IMG/VR virus record: IMGVR_UViG_3300009182_004229
Coordinates: 1-60,769 of that record
Source of the DNA: a virus
Lineage: Duplodnaviria; Caudoviricetes
DNA: 60,769 bases
Reading direction: 5' to 3' (one strand)
Made by a program: the position numbers and the translations under genes
Part shown: positions 46,954-55,200 of the stretch, piece by piece
How positions within the stretch are numbered: the first letter of the stretch is position 1
How the letters are laid out: each line of letters opens with the position of its first letter
The notes under the pieces: generated by a model
The model's input: only the letters and a program-made list of their open reading frames with translations
The model's database searches: none
What the model was told of the DNA's origin: nothing

Positions 46954-49363
46954 TCTCTTCGAAGGTTTTCCCACCGGCAAGATCCGCCGCAGCGTCAAGG
47001 ACACGCTGCCCATGATAGGGGTGATACCAGAGATCGACAACGGCAACCTCTACCTAAACTACAGATTTGGCACCACGCTGGCTTCAGCACTGGCTGTGGC
47101 CAATGGCGAGCATCCCTACAACAAGCAGATACCTTGGCACACCATGCAGACCGTGGCACCTTACACTCAGCAGGAGCTGGACATAGTCAAGCTGGCCTGC
47201 GCTCAGAGTGGTTTCACGCTGGACATGCTGCATGACGATGCCAGCCACGAACCAGACTGGGTCAATACCAAGAGCCCAGTGGCGCATCTGCCCATGCTGG
47301 AGAGCCGCAGGCTGTTGGAAGCATTTGGCAAGCAGAAGCTGAGCACTGACATACAGGACACGCTACCACCCGTGATAGTGATACCTGAGCTGAACAGCGG
47401 CAACAACTATCCGCAGTATCGTTTCATGACCGTGATGGCCAGCATCAGAGCCATCAAGGACGGTGACGTGCCCTATCGCAAGCTGCAGCCATGGAGCAAC
47501 AGCCTAGCCGTGGTTGGTTACACTCCCGAGGACATCGAAACCATACGCATGGCAGCTGCTGAGGCAGGTTTTGCCATAGATGAGATCAACAGCAGCATCA
47601 GCCACGAACCAGACTGGGTCAACACTGTTAGCCCAGTGATGAAGTTCAAGATGCTGGAAGCCGCAGGCGACGGCATGCTACATGTGCCCAAGAGCCCACT
47701 GATACACAATCTCAGCAGCGCCGATGATGATGCGCAGAGCTATCAAGACACGCCCACCAGAGGCAAGCCGCAGATCTTGGTGGTGTACCCAGGTCGTTTC
47801 CAGCCTCTGCATCGAGGCCACAAGGCAGTGTATGACGATCTGGTCAAGCAGTTTGGTCCCAACGTGTACATAGCCACCAGCAACAAGACCGACCCCGACA
47901 AGAGCCCGTTTGATTTCGCTGACAAGCAGAGCATGGCCCGTGCAGCAGGCGTACCCAGCGACAAGGTGGTGCAGGTCAAGAACCCTTACAACCCCGCGGA
48001 GATCACTGGCCTTTTTGAGCCCAGCAACACAGTGCTGCTCATGGCTGTGGGTGCCAAGGACATGGACACAGACCCTAGGTTCAAGCTGCCTGACCAGGGC
48101 CTGGCCAAGAAGAAGGACGGCAGCCCTGCTTATCTGCAGAAGTGGCCAGAGCTGCACAGGGCCAAGACCATGGACCAGCATGGCTACATCGTGGCTGCGC
48201 CAACCAAGGAATTTGAAGTGCTGGGTGAACCAGCCACCAGCGCCACTGAGATACGTGCGCAGTATCGTGACTCAGATCCCAGCCAGCGTGACCAGATCAT
48301 CACAGATCTCTATGGCAAAACCAACAAAGACCTACGACGCCTGTTCGATGCCAAGCTAGCGGCAATGAGCGAGGACCAAAAGGCCTATCTGCAGAACCCT
48401 TTGGATCCGGAAGGTGACACCAACGGACCAGGCAAGACTGGTGATCAGTGGGTAGAGTCCAGTTCCCATGCAAGAAACACACCAAAACTCACAAAAATCT
48501 CCAAGCATATCAGCGAGAAAGCAGGGACTAAATCAGCCAAACGCACCAACGAAGCTGCTAGCAGGATCAACGACGATTGGTTCCGCAACGGGTCGTTCAA
48601 GACTTGGAAGAATCCCACACCTGTGAAGTATGAGATCGCAGACACAGCTGGCACCGTGGACACGCTGGAAGGTCCCATGCGTCACGATGCTGGTCACTAC
48701 ATCATGACTGGTCCCAAGGGTGAGCGCTATCCCATCACTGCTGACAAGTTCAAGACATTGTATGACGACAATGGCAACGGCACTGCCACTCCCAAGCGCG
48801 TGGAAAAACTGGCCAAGGTGGCTGACCACGACGGTGTGCTGCACACCAGCTGGGGCGATCTGGCCTATACCACTGGCAACGACTACATAGTGCGACACGG
48901 CCCCGGTGACTACGGTGCTGTTAAAGCAGACATCTTTGCCAAGACCTATCACATGCCAACGCAGCTGTCAGAATCAGCCGGCGTCAGTGAGAACGATTTG
49001 TTAGATGCCATGCGCAAGTTTTTGATCATTGCCAAGGAAGAGATCGGTCTTGAGGCTTTGCCCAAGATCAATTGGAGCTGGGATGACAAGGTCGCTCCAG
49101 ACAGCCCCAGCTTTGGCCGCTTTACCAACACAGACAAGAGCATCAAGATCATCATGCGCAATCGCCATCCCATAGACATCATGCGCACGCTAGCACACGA
49201 ACTGGTGCATTACAAGCAGGATGTTGAACACAGGATCGGCCCGGACAGCGGTGAGACTGGCAGCCCCATTGAAAATGAAGCCAACGCTCTGGCTGGTCAG
49301 ATCATGAGGCGCTTTGACCATGAGAATCCCCAACTGTTTGCTCTTTCTGCTGTTACACCTTAA
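46940..49363 (+). CDS. Modular protein: two repeat modules, HIGH-type nucleotidyltransferase, PGDYG domain, HEXXH domain
   Basis: YPGRFQPLHRGH..SATEIR; TLEG..GPGDYGAVKADIFAKTY; RTLAHELVHYKQ..ENEAN. Confidence 0.8.
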   Translation: MKLSDLFEGFPTGKIRRSVKDTLPMIGVIPEIDNGNLYLNYRFGTTLASALAVANGEHPYNKQIPWHTMQTVAPYTQQELDIVKLACAQSGFTLDMLHDDASHEPDWVNTKSPVAHLPMLESRRLLEAFGKQKLSTDIQDTLPPVIVIPELNSGNNYPQYRFMTVMASIRAIKDGDVPYRKLQPWSNSLAVVGYTPEDIETIRMAAAEAGFAIDEINSSISHEPDWVNTVSPVMKFKMLEAAGDGMLHVPKSPLIHNLSSADDDAQSYQDTPTRGKPQILVVYPGRFQPLHRGHKAVYDDLVKQFGPNVYIATSNKTDPDKSPFDFADKQSMARAAGVPSDKVVQVKNPYNPAEITGLFEPSNTVLLMAVGAKDMDTDPRFKLPDQGLAKKKDGSPAYLQKWPELHRAKTMDQHGYIVAAPTKEFEVLGEPATSATEIRAQYRDSDPSQRDQIITDLYGKTNKDLRRLFDAKLAAMSEDQKAYLQNPLDPEGDTNGPGKTGDQWVESSSHARNTPKLTKISKHISEKAGTKSAKRTNEAASRINDDWFRNGSFKTWKNPTPVKYEIADTAGTVDTLEGPMRHDAGHYIMTGPKGERYPITADKFKTLYDDNGNGTATPKRVEKLAKVADHDGVLHTSWGDLAYTTGNDYIVRHGPGDYGAVKADIFAKTYHMPTQLSESAGVSENDLLDAMRKFLIIAKEEIGLEALPKINWSWDDKVAPDSPSFGRFTNTDKSIKIIMRNRHPIDIMRTLAHELVHYKQDVEHRIGPDSGETGSPIENEANALAGQIMRRFDHENPQLFALSAVTP

Positions 49364-49389
49364 GCTGTCATAGAGCCTATCTGAGAGAT

Positions 49390-49575
49390 GTGGATATGTT
49401 GTTTCTACTACTGTTCCTGCTGATCATAGCTGTAATCTGTCGGCAATCGGTGCTGGTAGAGACTCTGGCAGCAGTGACTCTGCTGCTGTTCATAATACCA
49501 ATGCTGTTGGTATTCCTGCCATTCTGGGTGCTGTTCCTGTTCATCATACTGGGCAGCAGCGTGGGGTTAGATTGA
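49390..49575 (+). CDS. Small hydrophobic membrane protein
   Basis: Almost wholly hydrophobic 61 aa ORF filling the gap; start uncertain. Confidence 0.45.
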   Translation: MDMLFLLLFLLIIAVICRQSVLVETLAAVTLLLFIIPMLLVFLPFWVLFLFIILGSSVGLD

Positions 49576-50405
49576 AGATCGTCTATGCCTGCGGCGACAG
49601 CCACACAGCAGGAGGCGAGACTGCCGACCATCTGCTGTGGCCCGATCAGCATCCTGGATTCTACGGCTTAGATGACCTAGCGCTCAGAGACCCGAGGCAG
49701 CTGCAGAGATGGCGAGAATTCAGGGAACGCAGGCTGCGTGCAGCTGATCCAGTAAACAATGATGCTTGGCAGGTAGCTGAGAATGCTCATGCCTGGCCCA
49801 CCAAGCTTGGGCGCGAGCTCAGCGACAGCCAAGTGATCAATGCTGCTGTGATAGGTCAGAGCATGGACTGGGTAGCCAGGCAGACTATCACCGACATTGG
49901 CGATCTCATAGACAAACACGCTGCTCGCGACATCACAGCTGTGATACAGCCACCCACTCACGTGCGCATGCAGACCTATGATTCAGCCAACGCCCGATGG
50001 CGCAGCTTCCAGCTGGGCATAGTCGGTGACATGGATCCGCATGTGCATGGCTGGTTCGTGGCCAACGAGGACGAGTGCAGCCTGCTGACCAGATGGATGC
50101 TGAACCTCATAGGGCTCTGTGGTACCATGGACTATCTGCATGTGAGGATCATACTGATCAGCGCAGGCATGCCAGACATGGCAGATGTGCTGGAACAACA
50201 CAGGGTAGCATCGGCTCTGCGCGGCGACACCAGCTCAGCTGGTGTGAGACGCATCTATGACAGCCTTTGTGGCCACAGATGGCATCCGCGCAGCATGAGG
50301 GACATGGCCAAGCTGGTCAACAAGCCGCACTGTCCCGATCTGCACTGGCGCAGCGAAGTTCACACTGTGCTGGCACAGGATCTAGCCGATAGCTACGACC
50401 TGTAA
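49572..50405 (+). CDS. SGNH/GDSL-like protein
   Basis: YACGDSHTAG, INAAVIGQS and C-terminal HW..H; resembles 23411..24223. Confidence 0.65.
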   Translation: MKIVYACGDSHTAGGETADHLLWPDQHPGFYGLDDLALRDPRQLQRWREFRERRLRAADPVNNDAWQVAENAHAWPTKLGRELSDSQVINAAVIGQSMDWVARQTITDIGDLIDKHAARDITAVIQPPTHVRMQTYDSANARWRSFQLGIVGDMDPHVHGWFVANEDECSLLTRWMLNLIGLCGTMDYLHVRIILISAGMPDMADVLEQHRVASALRGDTSSAGVRRIYDSLCGHRWHPRSMRDMAKLVNKPHCPDLHWRSEVHTVLAQDLADSYDL

Positions 50406-51512
50406 GGGTGGGAATCCATTGAAAGCTATGGTGCTGTAGGTGCTGGTATAAGCACCACAGGTCCATATGATCACTCTGTCACCAGACGTGAGGCTCACAG
50501 GGAAGTCTACCTTGTTGCGCTCGTAGAGCACGTCAGCGCTGTCACAGGTTGGACCTGCCACGATGCAGGGCGAGGTTGGCTCTGACTCCTTGTCTAGCAC
50601 CGTGAACTGATACTTGATGCTCTCACCTTCTGCTTCTGCCAGACCGCTGAAGCGACCCACGTTGAGATAGACCCAGCGCACGGGATCACCCGGGGTCTTG
50701 CGGCTGACCAACACGCATTCTGCTGCGATAGCACCAGCCGAACCTGTCATGCCTCGGCCTGGCTCAGCCATGATGTATTCCACGCCTTCAAAACGCCGTT
50801 CAACTTCTGCCATGAGGGTGGCACCATAGGTCTGGCTGTCCGTGATGTCCACGCCGTAGTAGGCTGGGAACCCTCCGCCGATGTTCAACAACCACAACCT
50901 GTGACCCTCTGCTCGGGCGTCATGCCATATGGCTGACACGGTGTCCAAGCAGTCATACCACATGTAGGGATGCTTGGTCTGGCTGCCCACGTGGAAGCTG
51001 AGACCCACTGGTGCCAAACCCAGTGTCCTGGCCAGATCCAACAGCGGGATGGCATAGCTGGTGCTGCAGCCAAACTTGCGGCTCAGTGGCCATTCGGCTT
51101 CGGCGCTGCTGACCAACAGGCGTATGAACACTTCACAGCCCGGCGCATGCTCAGCCAGCTTGTGCAGCTCTTCCTCGGAGTCTGCGCTGAACAGAGTGAT
51201 GCCCTGCGCATGTGCCCAGGCTATGTCCTGTGATCGCTTGATGGTGTTGCCATAGCTGATGTGCCCAGGCTTGGCTCCTGCAGCAAAGCACATTTCGATC
51301 TCTTGAGTGCTAGCAGCATCAAATCTGCAGCCCAGCTTGACCAAGCGAGCCAGTATGGCAGGATGAGGATTGGCTTTCACAGCATAGTGTATGTGTGCTG
51401 TGGGCATACCTGACTTGAGCTCTGCATAGTTTGATTCGACCTTGTCGATGTCTAGGACCAGCGTGGGCACGTCAAAGGTATTGGAGCGGATGTAGTCTTC
51501 TAGCTTGTTCAT
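50382..51512 (-). CDS. Ornithine/lysine decarboxylase (fold type III PLP)
   Basis: HYAVKANP, FHVGSQ, NIGGG, EPGR, GPTCDS, GAY; start at 51512 or 51524. Confidence 0.93.
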   Translation of the reverse strand: MNKLEDYIRSNTFDVPTLVLDIDKVESNYAELKSGMPTAHIHYAVKANPHPAILARLVKLGCRFDAASTQEIEMCFAAGAKPGHISYGNTIKRSQDIAWAHAQGITLFSADSEEELHKLAEHAPGCEVFIRLLVSSAEAEWPLSRKFGCSTSYAIPLLDLARTLGLAPVGLSFHVGSQTKHPYMWYDCLDTVSAIWHDARAEGHRLWLLNIGGGFPAYYGVDITDSQTYGATLMAEVERRFEGVEYIMAEPGRGMTGSAGAIAAECVLVSRKTPGDPVRWVYLNVGRFSGLAEAEGESIKYQFTVLDKESEPTSPCIVAGPTCDSADVLYERNKVDFPVSLTSGDRVIIWTCGAYTSTYSTIAFNGFPPLQVVAIG

Positions 51513-51514
51513 GT

Positions 51515-51546
51515 CAACCCCCATAAATTCACGTGCATGGGGGTTG
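51515..51546 (-). promoter_or_regulatory. Perfect 10-bp hairpin covering the decarboxylase initiation region
   Basis: CAACCCCCAT-N12-ATGGGGGTTG, ending 2 nt before ATG at 51512. Confidence 0.6.
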
Positions 51547-51613
51547 TGGCCCTTGCGCTCGGAGGTTTTATTTATATTATAGATCTAGGAGAAAAGCAAC
51601 CGTAAAATGCGGT

Positions 51614-52270
51614 ATGAACATAGCATTCATAGGTGATAGTTTCTGTGCCAGCAAGAACTCCAAGGCATGGACCGAGCTGGTAGCCGCGCAGCTGGGAGCT
51701 ACAGTGTTGTGCCAAGGTCAGGGAGGCGTCAGCATATGGCACAGCTACCAACAGCTGCTGGCACACATGGACCACCTGCAGCTGGCTGTGCTCTGCTACA
51801 CTGATGAGTATAGGCTACCAAATCCCAGTGGCTATCCCATCAACCTGGGCAGCGTCAAGTACCATATCAGCGGCCAGCAGGACCAGTATTATCAGACCAG
51901 CTTTCCCCACAAGCAGGTCTGGGAAGCTGCTGCTGCCTACTACGATCATCTCTTGGTACCAGAGTATCATCAGCTGACACACAGGCTGATCATACAGCAC
52001 ATGGACGGCCTGCTGGCAGCACGACGTATAAGAGCCGTGCACTTCTTCAGCTTTGAGCATCAGCCGCTGAGCTTTGCCAGCGGTCCCTGCTGCGATCAAG
52101 GTCTCTGGGAATGGCTGCAGAGCTGTGGCAAGACCAGCATCGCGCACGACAGCGACGAGAACCACATGAGCTGGCCACAGAACCAACACGTGGCCGACGT
52201 GGTTAGCAGGCTGCTGGCCAGTGATAGCAGGGAGAGTTTTGCGCTGGACCGCGTGCGCTATCACCGATAA
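51614..52270 (+). CDS. SGNH/GDSL-like protein
   Basis: AFIGDSFCA, GQGGVS and C-terminal NHMS; TAGATC-17-TAAAAT just upstream. Confidence 0.65.
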   Translation: MNIAFIGDSFCASKNSKAWTELVAAQLGATVLCQGQGGVSIWHSYQQLLAHMDHLQLAVLCYTDEYRLPNPSGYPINLGSVKYHISGQQDQYYQTSFPHKQVWEAAAAYYDHLLVPEYHQLTHRLIIQHMDGLLAARRIRAVHFFSFEHQPLSFASGPCCDQGLWEWLQSCGKTSIAHDSDENHMSWPQNQHVADVVSRLLASDSRESFALDRVRYHR

Positions 52271-52273
52271 ATA
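52268..52273 (+). promoter_or_regulatory. TAAATA(TC) late-promoter-like box
   Basis: 5 nt before ATG at 52279. Confidence 0.65.
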
Positions 52274-52278
52274 TCGCC

Positions 52279-55200
52279 ATGCGCATAGATGATGTAAACA
52301 CTGAAGCCATACAGCTCACACCTCGCAGCGAGAAAGCTCGAGCGTGGATAGACAGAGTATATGCGCTGTATCCGCAGACTTGGCAGCACAACCACGTGAT
52401 GGTGCTGGGTGGTGAGGGTGATGATCAGCAGTTTGCCATGTTTGAGCTGGAGCCCAGCCTGAGCAAGCGCGATGCCGTGGAAGTCAAGTGGTTCCAAGCC
52501 TATCCTCTGCGACAGGGTGTTGGCAGCCGCGCCATGCGCACCCTGCAGGATCTAGCACAGCAAGATGGCATCACACTCACGCTCTATCCCTGGAACAAGG
52601 GACAGGTCAGCCAAGGCAATCTGGTCAAGTTCTATCGCAGGTCAGGGTTCCGACCCACTGCCAAGGGTGCCAAGACCATGGCCTGGGAGCCCAGCGTGAT
52701 GGAAGCCAAGCTAACCAACCGAGATCCCGTGGAGCGTTGGATCGCAGTGTTCAAGGCCAGCACACATCCCAAGTTCAAGGGCAAGAGCTCAGCAGAACGC
52801 GAGAAGATGGCACGCATGGCACAGTATCGCGCCGTGCAGAACAAGAAGACATTTGAAAACATGGACCACAGCAAGGACTCACAGGCAGTGCCAGAGCTCA
52901 AGGCAGCACTGCTGAGCCGCAAGCGACTGATCAAGAGCAAGTCCGGCGACAAGGATGCTGTGTATGACATCATCAACGGGCTCATGACCAGCATAGCCAA
53001 GGCACACGGCATCAGCGGACAGAAGCTGCATGACATGTGGGTTGACCAATATGATGAGATACCAGACACTTGGATACTGCATGAACACCGCGGTGTGCCA
53101 GCGGAAGCAATGCTAGCCAAGCAGCACGGCGTGGGAGTGGCCAAGATCAAGCAGCTGCTGGCCCAGGGCATCAAACATGAGCTGGCTCAGGCCACGGATC
53201 GCGCGGCGGCCCGAGAGATGGCTCTTGAAAAGCTGCAGCATGATCTGGGCCACTACGACCTCCTGGAAGAAGCAGCCAACATGACCACTGCTGCGCTGAG
53301 AAACCGGCTCAACAAGCTGATGGCGGAAGATCAGGCCTACGCTGATGCCACACAGCGAGCACCGTGGCAAGAAGGCGTGTGGCGCTTCATCACTGCCAAC
53401 AAGGCACAGATATTCTCAGATCTCGGTGACAGTGGCAACGGTGACTATCCCAGCGCACCGTTCGCTGCTTGGTTGCTGGTACAGCACATGGATGCGCATC
53501 CTGAACGCCAGGCAGCTTTCTACAAGCTGCTGAAGAGTGCCATACCAAACCATCCCAAGCTGCAGTTCCTGCGTGACAGAGCAGCTGTGAACCAATGGAT
53601 CATGCAGCACTATCAAGAGCCCCAATTCCACAGGGACGGCAAGCCCTTGGCCAATCCGACCTCAGACGTGCGTGATCACAGATTATTCAAGGATGCTGGC
53701 ATCAAGGCTGCTAGCAGGCAAGAGGCGCTAGACAATGCTGTGGCAGCTGGCAACAAGCTGTTGGTGGCAGCAGTAGAAGCCACAGGTGCCAAGACGCAGC
53801 CCAGCTACACTCAACAGACCAAGGAAAGCATGGAAGAAGCTGCGATCGATACCACGGAATACGGTGGTTGGATCACACCTGACAAGCAGATAGAATACGT
53901 GGACACGCATGACCACGCCGCTCACGTGGCACGCCATCACAACTTGGACTATAACGAAGCCTTCCTCGATGGCTTCCTGAGATTCGCTAACCACAGCCGC
54001 ACCAACACATTCTCGGTGGAAGGCATGCTGCCTGTGTTGCGCAAGACCTACCGCATGTGGGCTCCCACTGCGCTGGCAGCTGACAGGGTCTACGTGGACA
54101 TCTACAAGTGGCAGGACCACATGGCGAACCAAGGATTGACACCGCACATGATGTTCAGGCCCCAGGATGGCGACAAGCCACAGATCATCAACAGCTTTGG
54201 ACCTCAATCAGCCCAGTTGTCAGAAGGTACCAAGCGCAAGGCCAAGACTCTGATAGATGGCATGATCAAGAGCCTGATCAAGCAGGGCCGCACTCGCGAT
54301 GAAGCCATAAGCGATCTCAAGAAGCAGGTTGACAGCAGATTCTACGAGGCAATTGATCTGCTGGCCAACGGTGACATACTTGAAGAGAATCTCAGAGATT
54401 GGTTCAAGCAGAAGTGGGTGCGCTTTGGACCAGACGGCAAGATCAAAGGAGACTGTGCTCGCGGCAGCAGCAAAGAAGGCAAGCCCAAGTGCCTGCCACA
54501 GGCCAAGGCACATGCCCTGGGCAAGAAGAAGCGTGCTACCGCAGCACGCCGCAAGCGCAGGGAAGATCCCAACGCCAATCGCAAGGGCAAGGCTAAGAAC
54601 GTGAGGACCAAGGAAAGCATCGCAGAAAACTCAGCACTGAGGTCAGCCACCATGCGAGTGCAGCGCATGCTCAACGACAGATTTGGCGCCAACTTGGACA
54701 TAGATGGCATCCTTGGTCCTCTCACGCTGGCCAGCATCAACCAGTTCATGCCCGCAGCGGGCTTTGGTCCCGCTGACGATCCCAGCCGCACCACTGCGGT
54801 GCAGGGCGGGGAACTCAAGACCGAAAGCTGCCCACACTGCGGCGGTGTGATGTATGAAGCCAGCCAGATGATGGAAAAGAAAGACGCCTGCTACTACAAG
54901 GTCAAGAGCAGGTACAAGGTATGGCCCAGCGCCTATGCCAGCGGTGCGCTGGTGCAGTGCCGCAAGAAGGGTGCCAAGAACTGGGGCAAGCACAAGGCCG
55001 AGGAAGCACTGCGCGAGGATGAAGACTACCACAGCGAGATCAAGATGAACCAGCTGATTGACAACGTGACGCACATGCTGGATCACGGTCAGGCCTATGA
55101 TGCCCTAGAGACCATGGAGAGCTGGGACGCTACGGTTGACAGCGATCCGCGCCTCAGCGCACTCTGGGATCAAAACATGGATCAACTGGCCAACATGTTC

